A DNA stretch of 64,000 nt from Candidatus Dojkabacteria bacterium (lineage in GTDB: Bacteria; Patescibacteriota; Dojkabacteria; SC72): contig JBMNHB010000001.1 of NCBI GenBank assembly GCA_050950145.1, positions 364,820-428,819 on the forward strand, in the 5' to 3' direction. This document shows, piece by piece, positions 9,376 through 20,400 of this stretch. Position 1 is the first letter of the stretch; every line of letters starts with the position of its first letter. The translations under genes and the position numbers were made by a program. Under the pieces are notes generated by a model. The model ran no database searches, was not told where the DNA came from, and saw only the letters and a list, made by a program, of their open reading frames with translations.

Positions 9376-12300
9376 CTAATCCTTCTTCGGTCTCCTTATT
9401 GAAACAATTTTTTCAATATCTAACTTTGGTAGAGACTTCTCCCCATCAATACCTGTGATTTCTATACCATATTCATCCGTAATGGGGGATCTGTGTTCTA
9501 GAATTGCAGGTTGTAATGGGCTTAAGCGCATAATTGGTTGTGCCCTTACTGTTACATAATCACCAGATCGAATCTTATGGAATAAAGCTAACTTCTTAAA
9601 TATTCTCATTGTTTTTCTATTTCCTCTTTTATCTTCTAGAGTGATAGTTTGATATGTTTCTCCACTATCTTTTGCACCTCTTGATTTACCAACTACCTTT
9701 AGGTCTTCAAATTCTAACAAAAGTTTAGGGAAGTCAGTCCCATATGGTCCTGTTTGCATTGATAGTTGACTAGAGAGTATATCTGCAACTGAAAAAACAT
9801 TTAGATATTTTATAGACTTAGCAATTTCTGGAGCATATTCTTGAGTTTCTTTGTAAAGCTCTTTTATTGTTTCTTCAACCTTTACAACTCCAGCATTTGG
9901 TTTGTCAATTTTGTACTCTTTGAAGATTGGATCTAGTACTTCATGTAATCTCTCAATACCTCCAGTTACTTCCCATGTTCCTCCTGATGCGACGGGGTGT
10001 CCACCATGTCCTAGTATCTTTATTCCAGGTTGTGGATTTTTCTCTAAATGAAACTGAACCATATCCGTTGCTATATTCCCTCTTGCTGGTAGTCTAAATG
10101 ATACAGTATATATAGTAGAACCATCCTTTCTATTCTCTCCTTCATTTACGAGAATCATAGTAGGTTTTTCATATCTCTCAGCTATATTCCCTGCAATTAA
10201 CCCTCTCATACCTTGTAGGGCATCAATATACTGCTTTCCCGTTTGTTCTAGAATAATAATTGGACTTTCTCTTTCTATTTCATTGTTATCTAAATACTTA
10301 AACTGTTCTTCTAAAAGTTCTTCCCTCCTTTGTATAGCTTTATCTTGAGCCTCTGGAAGTGTATGTCTATGTCTTCTCATATTTGCATTCTCACTTCGTT
10401 TTGTAAAGAAATCGGCCATCTCTGGTAAAACACTATCTGCTCTTTTTGCCTCTTCCTGTTTCCCTCTTCTATAAATTGCATTTGTAGCAGCTGCCATAGT
10501 GTGAGAGAAGAACCTTGTGTTGTAGTAGTTTACTGATACGAACTTTGTATTTCTTAGTGCCGTTCTTATAAATCTAAGACATTCAGGAAGGATTCTTTTC
10601 AATTGTTGTCTTTCCTCTCCTTTTGATATTAAATACTGTTTTGCGAGGTTAGTCATGGTCTCCTGTCCTCTTCTAATGATATATCTATTTTCCTTGCCAA
10701 TATTTACTCCTACTGATCCTCCATCTCCTACCGTAGCTGTTGTTTCTAAAAGTTCTAATTGCTGCAAACCAAAAGGTCCATACTTGAAATATGATTCTAA
10801 TGCAACAAGGTCATTTTTACTCAATTTTCCTGAACGTATTAGAGTATTAACAGCAAAATCAAAGAATTCGTTTCCTGTTTTTCTTGCTGTTTCTCTTCTT
10901 TTTCTTCTCTTCGCTTCACTCTTCTCACTTTTATCAATATCTGGAAATAGTGATGGTTGTAATTTGTTCTTACTTATTAATCCTACTTCAATGATATTGA
11001 ATAGCTCCTTTTTCATATCTCTGATATGCTTTCCTCTTGCAATCCAATCCTTCATTGAACTTCTTAGAGAGATTTCCTGTTCTTCCTCTCCGATATCCTC
11101 TGTTCGTTTTATCAACCCTGACTGTCTTAGTTTGAAGTCAATTATATCTATTAGTTTATCTGTTTTCTTTATGGCCCATTTCTCTTTTTCGTCTGTATTT
11201 AACTCAAAGAATGATTTTGGCATATTACCACTCTGTTCTAGTACAAACCTCTGTTCTTTAGGTGTAAGTTGATCAAAACCTTTTTCATTTAATTCTGCTA
11301 GCTTTTTTAATCTTTCTTCTTGACCTAAAGATAGAAGTTCATTACTATCAACCCTGACAATAGGAGAGTCAGAGAAAAGATTCATAACTCTTCTTATGAC
11401 TTTTCCTATAACTACTGTTCCCACAATGTCCGATTCTGGATAACACACATATTTTCTTTGAACTTCATCTAGTTTCTGTACATCAATATTTCCGCTCTTA
11501 TCAGGTTTTAAGACTTCTTGTATCTCTTTTATAAATTGACCTTCTTCTCCTATCTTGATCCATTCTGGATTAACCATAATATCAGTTAGTGTGTTACAGA
11601 AATACTTGGTAGAATTAATATATGGTGTGTGATGGTCACATACAATTATCTGAACATCGTCACCAAATCCTCTTATAAACTTCCTAAGTGGTTCGTATGT
11701 TTCAAATCTTTCTTTAGATGTAAATCCAGTAAGAGCATCCTTATGTATAAATTTTTGGTTCAATAGCTTTTCCTCATCAAAATATTCATTTTGACTATTT
11801 TTACTAATATATATCTTAAGTTGTCTAATCATTGAATTCTTTTGCTCATCTGGAAAGTGAGAAAACCCATTTATTTTCTCAATATTATCTACAAAAAACT
11901 GTAGATCACTGATCTTGTTTGTTCCACGATGGAATTTGTGAAATGTTTCAACATCTGTATCACTTGATCCAGTATCACAGATAACAATTAATTTATTACC
12001 TGCGATTGCTAAGTTAATTAAGTCTGTTGGTAATACTGCATGATTTTCTGGTCGAGAATTGAACTTTTGATCAACTTTTTCAACTCCCATATGTTCTAGT
12101 GCCCATCTCATATTGTTTGCTGCATTAAATCCATCTTGATCACAGTCTGCGATAGTTGCAATCTTTTTACTTTCCATAACTGCTTTGTATATTGCTTCGG
12201 CAGCCTTGTCTACATTCTGTAATGCACTAGGTGGTTGTTCTGACTTCTCTGATGGGAACATCATTTCCATCATTTGTCCATTAGTTTCTATTCCTATACT

Positions 12301-14094
12301 CTTATAATATTTATTTAGTATTAAGTTAGCAGCGAATCCTTCAACTGCATGTACCACCCTTGAGGGACCATATATCTCATTTGAGAGCTTCAGATCAGGA
12401 TCTTTAAAGTTTTCTAAATCTAAAAGTCTTCTTCTAGGAACATTTGGTCTTTCTAAAACTCCTGTAAAGTAAGGTGTCTGTAATACATCTACAAGCTTTC
12501 TAAGCTCGGTTCCAGATTCGTTGTACGGACTTACAATAACATCTTTTAGCGTATCTATATCTAAACGATATTTCCATTCAGGTCTAAGACATCCAAGTTT
12601 ATGAGGTGTTGCTATTTCAATAAGGATTGATTTGTCAAGATGATTTTGTAACTTAAGTATTGCTTTGTATTCCTCTTCTGCTAAATCTTCTAAATACAAG
12701 GCTCTGTCATTGCTTTCAAGTCTATCTATTAATCCGTAAACAGCCTTAGTGTATGCTATACTAGATTTTCTCTTCCTCAGTTTTGCTAAGTCACCTAAAT
12801 AACCCCTTAACTTGTTAATTGCAGACTCTCTCTCTAGAATCTCTGCAATCAAGTCCAGATTCTGGATGGCATTCTCTTCTTCTGGTGACAAATCAGTATC
12901 TTTTTCAATATTTCCCATACCTTTATATATGCGATTGGCAATATTAAGAATATGACTCCTGTCTTCTTCTGATAATAATGAGAGCCATTTTTTCTCATCA
13001 ATCTTGTCTGTCTGTTCTAGAATTTTAGCTGCATCCTGAACTATTTCTCTTCTAGTTTCTAAAATATATTTATTAGATAAACTAGAGTAAAGTGCAGGTG
13101 CGTGTCTTAATAATTCTGCGGATGGTGTATTTGCATAGTATGAGAAGTATGTTAAACGGATTAATTCATATAGTTCAGGATTCTCCACAAATGTCCATCC
13201 TGTCTCTTCTTTATCTTCCATTGCCATATCTCTTTTGTTGTTTTCCAACGCTTGTCTTATTCTCTCTTCATCTCTTTTTTTAAGAAGTATCTTTAGTACC
13301 TCAGTAGCATCAACAGCAACTTGTGTGTGCTCATACCAGTGGGCAGCGATAGACATGGGTATTTGTGAAATTCCATTTTGTGACCAGGGAATTTTATGTT
13401 GGTCATTCATATTCATGAATATACTTTCGCTATCATTCATTGCTGTTAACCTCTCTCCTAATATGTCAACATCTTCTAAATCAATGTTTAACTTGTTAGC
13501 CATTTTCTCTGCAGTTATTCTATCGATAGTGCCACCATCTAATCTCTTTCTACCAGTCCATTGTGATTCATCAATCCATCTCTCTCCAGTTACATATTGA
13601 TAGAATTTACCTAATTGTGTTAACAATGTTGTTGTGGGGACTCCTGATGTAAAAAGAAGTTTTTCAATAGCGAATTCCAATTCTTTGTCTCTTGAAGTTC
13701 GATTAATTCCTTCATCTCTGTTCTCTCTTTGAGAGGAAGGGACCAACTTAGCTAGGACAACAGGGGGTTCAAATAATGGGTTTTTACGTAAAGTTCTTTC
13801 TCTTTTCTTAATTTCTTCTTCTGACCAATATTTAGTAACATCATTTTGATTGAAAATATATCTTTTCTCTTTAATCAAATCCTCGGGTGTCTTGAGTATT
13901 TCATTCCATCTTCTTCCACTACTTGAAATTTCATCTCCAAAAATCTCTTCTTTGAGTTCATCAACCTTAGAAGCAAGTTCTTGTTCTTCTTCTGTGGGAG
14001 GTGGTGCATAGTATGTTTTGTATCTAGGTGATAGTTTTTCTTTTTCTAGACTTATGAGATCTTTATTTGTCCCAACTCTCTCCTCTTCTGGCAT
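9376..14094 (-). CDS. Giant (1572 aa) RecJ-like DHH/DHHA1 phosphoesterase (predicted ssDNA exonuclease core) with a ~650-aa N-terminal extension and very long insertions
   Basis: DHH motif I/II: IADCDQDGFNAA (about 12130..12160) and VICDTGSSD. Motif III: IIVCDHHTP (DHH codons at 11629..11637). DHHA1 motif: ILGHGGHPVASGG (about 9985..10015). The motif order is that of RecJ, but the spacing is greatly expanded. Confidence 0.6.
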   Translation of the reverse strand: MPEEERVGTNKDLISLEKEKLSPRYKTYYAPPPTEEEQELASKVDELKEEIFGDEISSSGRRWNEILKTPEDLIKEKRYIFNQNDVTKYWSEEEIKKRERTLRKNPLFEPPVVLAKLVPSSQRENRDEGINRTSRDKELEFAIEKLLFTSGVPTTTLLTQLGKFYQYVTGERWIDESQWTGRKRLDGGTIDRITAEKMANKLNIDLEDVDILGERLTAMNDSESIFMNMNDQHKIPWSQNGISQIPMSIAAHWYEHTQVAVDATEVLKILLKKRDEERIRQALENNKRDMAMEDKEETGWTFVENPELYELIRLTYFSYYANTPSAELLRHAPALYSSLSNKYILETRREIVQDAAKILEQTDKIDEKKWLSLLSEEDRSHILNIANRIYKGMGNIEKDTDLSPEEENAIQNLDLIAEILERESAINKLRGYLGDLAKLRKRKSSIAYTKAVYGLIDRLESNDRALYLEDLAEEEYKAILKLQNHLDKSILIEIATPHKLGCLRPEWKYRLDIDTLKDVIVSPYNESGTELRKLVDVLQTPYFTGVLERPNVPRRRLLDLENFKDPDLKLSNEIYGPSRVVHAVEGFAANLILNKYYKSIGIETNGQMMEMMFPSEKSEQPPSALQNVDKAAEAIYKAVMESKKIATIADCDQDGFNAANNMRWALEHMGVEKVDQKFNSRPENHAVLPTDLINLAIAGNKLIVICDTGSSDTDVETFHKFHRGTNKISDLQFFVDNIEKINGFSHFPDEQKNSMIRQLKIYISKNSQNEYFDEEKLLNQKFIHKDALTGFTSKERFETYEPLRKFIRGFGDDVQIIVCDHHTPYINSTKYFCNTLTDIMVNPEWIKIGEEGQFIKEIQEVLKPDKSGNIDVQKLDEVQRKYVCYPESDIVGTVVIGKVIRRVMNLFSDSPIVRVDSNELLSLGQEERLKKLAELNEKGFDQLTPKEQRFVLEQSGNMPKSFFELNTDEKEKWAIKKTDKLIDIIDFKLRQSGLIKRTEDIGEEEQEISLRSSMKDWIARGKHIRDMKKELFNIIEVGLISKNKLQPSLFPDIDKSEKSEAKRRKRRETARKTGNEFFDFAVNTLIRSGKLSKNDLVALESYFKYGPFGLQQLELLETTATVGDGGSVGVNIGKENRYIIRRGQETMTNLAKQYLISKGEERQQLKRILPECLRFIRTALRNTKFVSVNYYNTRFFSHTMAAATNAIYRRGKQEEAKRADSVLPEMADFFTKRSENANMRRHRHTLPEAQDKAIQRREELLEEQFKYLDNNEIERESPIIILEQTGKQYIDALQGMRGLIAGNIAERYEKPTMILVNEGENRKDGSTIYTVSFRLPARGNIATDMVQFHLEKNPQPGIKILGHGGHPVASGGTWEVTGGIERLHEVLDPIFKEYKIDKPNAGVVKVEETIKELYKETQEYAPEIAKSIKYLNVFSVADILSSQLSMQTGPYGTDFPKLLLEFEDLKVVGKSRGAKDSGETYQTITLEDKRGNRKTMRIFKKLALFHKIRSGDYVTVRAQPIMRLSPLQPAILEHRSPITDEYGIEITGIDGEKSLPKLDIEKIVSIRRPKKD

Positions 14095-14111
14095 ACAGAT
14101 TCTAGTTCTAA

Positions 14112-14138
14112 ATTAAAAAAGGGCTTTTAATAAGCCCT
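14112..14138 (-). terminator. Intrinsic terminator downstream of the metallophosphoesterase gene
   Basis: GGGCTT-loop-AAGCCC hairpin (14121..14137), followed on the - strand by a T-run (A6 at 14115..14120 on +). Confidence 0.5.
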
Positions 14139-14336
14139 ATAAGTTAAATCTCTCTCCCATATTCTTCAAGCAGTTTTTATTTTGCATTACACCATTTTAT
14201 ACCGTTAAACTAATGTTTTAGAAGATCAAAATAATTGAAACCCCAACTGTTATTAGTGTACATACTTGCTAATATAGTGTCAAGCCTTTTAAGAGAATGG
14301 TGTTATATAAAACTAATTAGTACACTGATATCTAGG

Positions 14337-15242
14337 TTAATAAAGTTCAAGGACATCTATAACAGGAGGTATTCCTAATCTAAATGGTAATCCAGTCATA
14401 CCTAGACCTGAAGATACAAAAACTTTTCCTTTTTCAGTTTCATAATATCCCTCATCAAAATTATATCTACTAGGTATAAAGTATTTATATATAAAAGGAA
14501 TACGAATTTGTCCACCGTGTGTGTGACCAGAGAGTGTCAAATCAGGTCTAATATCCTTATATGAGTAAACAGTATCAGGAGAGTGAGCTATTGCAAGTAA
14601 ATTGTCTTCACTTTTATAATTTTTTAGTTTCTTAATATCAACTTCTTTAGCTATAATATCTCCAAATCCTAAGATATGTATATCTAAATCTTCAATATAT
14701 ACATCTTCATTCTTTAAAAATATGACATTGTTCTTTTCTAAAGCCTCTTTTAATTCTTCTTCAATATCTGGACCTGGAGCTTGGCTGTCATGGTTACCCA
14801 ATACTGCATATGTAGGTCTTTTAAGATTTTTTAAAGGTGAGAGTCGTGTAGTTAAATCTCCTGTTGGGTAATATGTAATATCTCCTGGGATAACTATAAA
14901 ATCAACATCTTTTATATTATTAACTTTCTCTACAATCCTCTTTAAAAACTTTGTTGAGTTGTATGCACCAATATGAATATCTGATATAAGTACAATTCTA
15001 GCTTTGAATCCTGTTTCAATATTTATATATTTTTCTACTATTATGTTTGGTTCTATAAATCTAGCATAGATTAATAAGAAGTTAATTAAAAAGAGAAAAA
15101 TCATAACTATTTTAAAAAGAGGTTTATGTATAATCTGCTCCTTGTTTTTAAAATAAAAGAAAAAAAGTAAGATAGGAGAGATTAGTAAGAGATATGAGGA
15201 ATAATTAATAAAATAGTTAATGATGTAATGTATGATCATCAT
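14337..15242 (-). CDS. Membrane-anchored calcineurin-like metallophosphoesterase
   Basis: Motifs GDITYY, GNHD and GHTHGGQ, with an N-terminal TM segment. The track ORF start (15314) runs across tRNA-Pro. The realistic start is the MMIIHY... ATG at 15242. Confidence 0.75.
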   Translation of the reverse strand: MMIIHYIINYFINYSSYLLLISPILLFFFYFKNKEQIIHKPLFKIVMIFLFLINFLLIYARFIEPNIIVEKYINIETGFKARIVLISDIHIGAYNSTKFLKRIVEKVNNIKDVDFIVIPGDITYYPTGDLTTRLSPLKNLKRPTYAVLGNHDSQAPGPDIEEELKEALEKNNVIFLKNEDVYIEDLDIHILGFGDIIAKEVDIKKLKNYKSEDNLLAIAHSPDTVYSYKDIRPDLTLSGHTHGGQIRIPFIYKYFIPSRYNFDEGYYETEKGKVFVSSGLGMTGLPFRLGIPPVIDVLELY

Positions 15243-15252
15243 AGTAGTTATA

Positions 15253-15329
15253 TGGTCGGGGAGACAGGACTTGAACCTGCGGCCTCTGCGTCCCAAACGC
15301 AGCGTTCTAGCCATCTGAACTACTCCCCG
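15253..15329 (-). tRNA. tRNA-Pro (anticodon UGG), CCA encoded
   Basis: The reverse complement folds as CGGGGAG-TA-GTTC..GAAC-G-CTGCG-TTTGGGA-CGCAG-AGGCC-GCAGG-TTCAAGT-CCTGT-CTCCCCG-A-CCA. Confidence 0.85.
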
Positions 15330-15351
15330 AACTGAAGTTATTTTATCACAT

Positions 15352-15382
15352 AATAGAAAAAAAGGGGAGATTATACTCCCCT
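15352..15382 (-). terminator. Intrinsic terminator after the small membrane-protein gene
   Basis: GGGGAG-N6-CTCCCC hairpin (15364..15381), followed on the - strand by a T-run. Confidence 0.5.
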
Positions 15383-15406
15383 TTCTCTAATCAAATCTAG
15401 AACTAA

Positions 15407-15748
15407 CTAGAAAAGTCCCATTACCTTTAATGCCAAGTCCGAAATTAGAGGGATATCAAATCTCTCTCCTTTTGCAGATTTAACCATACCAACAATTATT
15501 AAAACTAAACAAATAGGAGCAATTAACCAACCAATTATTGGAATCCAAGCCATGAACTGAAGAACTCCTAATAATGTAGCTTGAGCACCATTATATCTTA
15601 CAAATTCATCTTTCTTTTCTACTAGAAGTAAAATGAAACCAACCAAAGGAATCCAAGCAACAATAGCCATTGCCTTGTTAGCTTCATTATATTTTATCTC
15701 ATCTAGTGTGTACACTTTCTTAGCATTTGTTTCTTTTGCTTCTGCCAT
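15407..15748 (-). CDS. Small two-TM integral membrane protein of unknown function
   Basis: Two hydrophobic helices. Divergently transcribed from lexA. Confidence 0.5.
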   Translation of the reverse strand: MAEAKETNAKKVYTLDEIKYNEANKAMAIVAWIPLVGFILLLVEKKDEFVRYNGAQATLLGVLQFMAWIPIIGWLIAPICLVLIIVGMVKSAKGERFDIPLISDLALKVMGLF

Positions 15749-15934
15749 GATAAATAAAATAATTAAATAAATTAATACTTAAGTATACGCAAAAAAGAGT
15801 GTGACTTGCAACTATACTTTAAATTGTTGTTACTAAAGGAATTTCTACATATTTAAGTTGTGATACTATAAGTACTTGCAAGAATTAACAGTAGGGGTAT
15901 ACTAGGTATATATCTAACTTAATAACTTACTCAC

Positions 15935-16582
15935 ATGGATGGTATACTCACTCAAAAACAAGAAGAAGTTCTTAGAATTATTAAAGATTGTTATTTAGAG
16001 AATGGTTATGCCCCATCTTTAAATGAGTTGAAAGAAAAGTTGGGTATATCTACGAAAAGAGGTGTTGTAGCACATCTGATTGCCTTAGAGAAAAAAGGTT
16101 TTATCTTTAGAACTGGCCAGCCGAGAGGTATACATATGGTAGAAAATGATGATCAGATAGTATACGATTATTTAGTTGGAGTTCCTATCTTAGGTTATGC
16201 AAATGCAGGTATACCTATGGTTGTTGCAGAAGAGGAGAATCTAGGAATACTTAAGATTGATAGGAATATGCTTGGGAAAAAGAAGAACCTATTTAGCCTT
16301 ATCATTAAAGGAGATTCTATGGACTTAGCAAAAGTTGATGGAGAAACATTAGATGATGGTAGATATATTGTTGTACAGAAAGATGTTGAGTTTGAGGATG
16401 GAGACATTGTTGTTGCAATTATAGATAACTATGCAACTGTAAAGAGGTTTAAGAAAGCTAAAAATATGATTATTCTTTATCCAGATTCAAGCAATCCACT
16501 TAATCAACCGATATATATAGATTCAAATACAGAAGGCTTGATAAATGGTAAGGTTATAAAGGTTTTAGAGAATCCTACCTAA
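15935..16582 (+). CDS. lexA: LexA repressor (S24 peptidase)
   Basis: N-terminal winged-helix domain, Ala-Gly self-cleavage site (YANAG|IP), catalytic GDSM serine and VKRFK lysine. Confidence 0.9.
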   Translation: MDGILTQKQEEVLRIIKDCYLENGYAPSLNELKEKLGISTKRGVVAHLIALEKKGFIFRTGQPRGIHMVENDDQIVYDYLVGVPILGYANAGIPMVVAEEENLGILKIDRNMLGKKKNLFSLIIKGDSMDLAKVDGETLDDGRYIVVQKDVEFEDGDIVVAIIDNYATVKRFKKAKNMIILYPDSSNPLNQPIYIDSNTEGLINGKVIKVLENPT

Positions 16583-17270
16583 TATAGCTATTTTTTACAT
16601 ATTTCTTTGCCCCTTTAAGCATCTTTTCTAACTCTTGTTCTGTAAAGGAATTGGAATTATCAAGAGAGGGATCTATTGTTTTTCCTGATCTAAAGTTTTG
16701 AATATAATACTTTTTTGCTCCCTTAATTAATTCAGCAATATTCTGTGCATCTTTCATTTTGTGTATTCCTTTGACAAACGTAGTTCTAAATTCGTAGTCT
16801 ATTTCAGAATTCCTAACAATTTTAATTGATTCTTTAATTTTCTCTAATGCATTTTTATCATTAGTTTGTTTGTTATAATTACTAGGGGAATACTTAACAT
16901 CCATTGCAACATAGTCAAGAAGTTTCTTCTCAACCAATTCTTTTAACCTATCAGGGAAGAAACCATTTGTATCTAACTTTACTAAATATCCTAACTTCCT
17001 TATCTTACGGATAAGTTTTTCAATATCGTTGTATATTAATGGTTCTCCACCTGTAATAACTACAGCATCAAGTTTACCCTTTCTATTTTTTAAGTATTCA
17101 AAAAGATAATCCTCTTTTACCTCTATATCCTTATTAAAATCATATATGACCAATTCAGGATTATGACAGAATGAGCACCTTAAATTACAACCATACGTAA
17201 AGACAATGGCAGAAAGTTTACCAGGATAATCAAGTAAAGAAACTTTTTCTAATCCACCTATCTTTATCAT
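16575..17270 (-). CDS. nrdG: Anaerobic ribonucleoside-triphosphate reductase activating protein (radical SAM)
   Basis: CNLRCSFCHN (CxxxCxxC) radical-SAM motif at the N-terminus, small size, and position downstream of nrdD. Confidence 0.85.
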   Translation of the reverse strand: MIKIGGLEKVSLLDYPGKLSAIVFTYGCNLRCSFCHNPELVIYDFNKDIEVKEDYLFEYLKNRKGKLDAVVITGGEPLIYNDIEKLIRKIRKLGYLVKLDTNGFFPDRLKELVEKKLLDYVAMDVKYSPSNYNKQTNDKNALEKIKESIKIVRNSEIDYEFRTTFVKGIHKMKDAQNIAELIKGAKKYYIQNFRSGKTIDPSLDNSNSFTEQELEKMLKGAKKYVKNSYIR

Positions 17271-17434
17271 AGGTTAGATTGTCTTCATCTTGAACATCTT
17301 CCTATCTGACCATTCTGCTTGTTTTCCAATATTCCATTGACTAATAGGTCTAATGTACCCAACAACTCTTGAATATACCTCACATCTCTGTCTTTTAACC
17401 TTTTTCATGGCAGTAAATATATTAATTTAAATAA

Positions 17435-20400
17435 TTAAACTTCATTAAAATCCATTCCTTCTTTATACCCCACCTCATAATCACACTTTGGGCAATAGAA
17501 ATGTTCGCCTGCAATATATCCATGCTTAGGACAAACACTAAATGTCGGAGTAATTGAGAAGTAGGGGAGTTTATAATTGTCAGCAATCTTTCGTACTAGA
17601 TTTTTGACAGCTTCTGTAGAGGTTAACTGTTCCCCAATATATACATGCTGTACTGTACCACCTGTATAGAGGCACTGGAACTCATCCTGCTGATCTAATG
17701 CTTCAAATATATCATCTGTAAATCCTACAGCAATCTGAGAGCTATTTGTGTAGTATGGAGCAATATCTTGTCCCTTATGTTTCCCTATATCTGCTGCTGA
17801 GATAATATCATCCCCAAACCTCTTTTTATCAGCTTTTGCAAACTTGTAAGTAGCTCCTTCACCTGGTGTAGCTTCTAGATTAAATAACTCATTTGTTTTC
17901 TGTTGATATGTCATTAACCTTTCTCTCATATGATTCATAATCTCTAAACCAAATTTCCTTCCTTCCTTAGATGTAATATCTTTCTTCTCATCTTTAAAGA
18001 AGTTAATCAATGATTCATTTAATCCTAAAATACCGATTGTATTAAAATGATTCTTGTAATACTCACCAAATCGTTTCTTAATATCTGCTAGATAGAATTT
18101 AGAGTATGGGTATAATCCCTTTTCCATATATTTTTCCAAGAATTTCCTTTTAATCTGCAAACTCTTCTTAGCTAGATCCATCTGTTTATTAAGTCTTTTG
18201 AAGTAGTCTCTCTTGTTTTTAGCTTCATACCCAATTCTTGGAAGATTAATTGTTACAACACCAATACTACCTGTTAGTGGATTAGCACCAAAGAGACCAC
18301 CACCCCTTTTTCTCAACTCTCTGTTATCTAATCTTAATCTACAACACATACTTCTAGCATCATCAGGTTTCATATCAGAATTAATGAAGTTAGAGAAATA
18401 CGGTATCCCGTACTTTGCTGTCATCTTCCAGATTGGTTCATAATCTGGATTATCCCAATCAAAATCTTTAGTTAAGTTGTAGGTGGGAATAGGGTAGGAG
18501 AACAATCTTCCTTGTGCATCTCCTTCCATCATAATTTCACAAAATGCTTTGTTTATCATAACCATCTCCTTTTGGAAATCTTTGTATTTTTCTTTTTGAA
18601 TCTTACCTCCAATAATGACACCCTGTTGGGCAAGTTGACCACTAGGTATCAAATCCATCGTAATATTAGTAAACGGAGTATTACCAGTAACAAATACTTT
18701 ACCATTTCTTCTTGCAATAATGGTCTCGTTTTTAGTATGAGGGCACCAGATAACACCTTCGTAATTAATCTTCTTGACATTCTTAATATATGTCTCTTGA
18801 TGTTTAATAATTCTGATAACAAAAATATCCTTAGTTCCAATTGTAGGTTTTCTTACTAATACAGTAGAACCATATCCACAATTAGTAGCAATTATCTGTA
18901 ATTGATTAACAACCTCAATATCTGTTGTAACTATCTTATCTTCCTTCCAACCATCACCTTTCATATATGTTTCCAAGAAAAGGCGAGATTGTTCTTCATT
19001 TAGTTCTAATATAGAGTTTGGAATATGTTTTACACTATTATCAGAACTAAACCATTTATGTATAACTTTAGAACTCTCAGCATTTAGTCTTAATCCTACA
19101 ACTGGGTTACCTAAACCAATTGTTGTATGTTCAGAATATGTAAATTGAAAATGGTCTAATAGCTTCTTAATCTCGTTATAGTTTTTCCTATTTTTTACTT
19201 TTGACTGATAAATAGTAACTCTCTTACAACTTCTTGTTTTAACTCCTCTCTCAATACTACCTTCTGAGATAATCCATGCCATAAGAGCAATCTGCTCATC
19301 ACTCATGGATGACTTCTTATTACTATTCTTCCCAGAAAGAGGAATGATAAATGGAGATTTCAATGCCATAACTTCTTCAATGGGCTGTAGGATATACTTA
19401 TCACCATTGAAAAGCTTCCTAACAACTCTGTGATTAGGAGATATTAATTGATCTTGTATCCTGTTTTTAAGGTTAAACATATAACCCTTGTATTCTTTCT
19501 TAAAAACAGAAGTAACTGTTTGATTTTCAATCACTCCACTTTCCAAGTTAAATGTCTTTATCACAACTCCTTTCTCAATCTCCTCATATGACTTCCAGCC
19601 ATCAGGTGTTAAAATCTCTGTATCCTCTGACACACACTGGCAGCCCACCCTCGTAGGAACATTCATATTGTAAAGAAATTCCTGCATCTTCTGTTTAACC
19701 TCTTTGTATGAAAGTTTGTCATATCTTACAAATGGAGCAAGAAATGTATCAAAACTTGAAAATGCCTGAGCTCCAGCAGCCTCATGTTGAAGAGTGTAAA
19801 AATAGTTAACACACTGTCCCAATGCAGCACTAAAATGCTTGGCAGGTGAGGATGAAATCTTACCTGGCACGCCAGTAAAACCTTTTAACAAAAGATCTTC
19901 TAAACTCCACCCACAACAATATGTAGCCAACATCCCTAAATCATGAATATGATAATCTTTGTTAATATTTCCAATAGAAATCTCTTTAGGATATATACTA
20001 TGTAACCAATAATTAGATTGAACTGTAGTAGAAATATAGTTATTTAATCCTTGCCAGGAGTATGCCATATTACTATTTTCATTAACCTGCCAGTCCAGCT
20101 TATCAATGTAATCTTTTACAAGGGTATTTGCATCTATTAACGACTTAATGTTCTTAACTTGATGCTTAAGATCTATAAATAAATCGTATGCTATGGAAGT
20201 TTTAGTATGTCCCATATCTATGAGGGTTTGCGAAACAATCTCCGCGATATTCTTTGTACTTACAATATCTTTATTCGCATATTTCTTTTTTAATCTCTCT
20301 ACAGCTTCATTTGCAATTTCTTCTGCTCTGCGCTTGTCCTTTCCCCCCACACTCTTTGCAGATTTGTATATCCCTCTTACAATCAGATCTTTTTTAAACG

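Noticed and set aside
10655-11272. 205-aa + strand ORF, and others (13092..13283, 13235..13600), inside the giant - strand gene
   Set aside because: They are antisense to a long, well-supported CDS and have low-complexity Ser/Leu/Phe-rich composition typical of an AT-rich antisense frame.
15243-15314. N-terminal extension of the metallophosphoesterase ORF across tRNA-Pro
   Set aside because: It overlaps a well-formed tRNA. The conserved protein begins at the internal MMIIHY Met.
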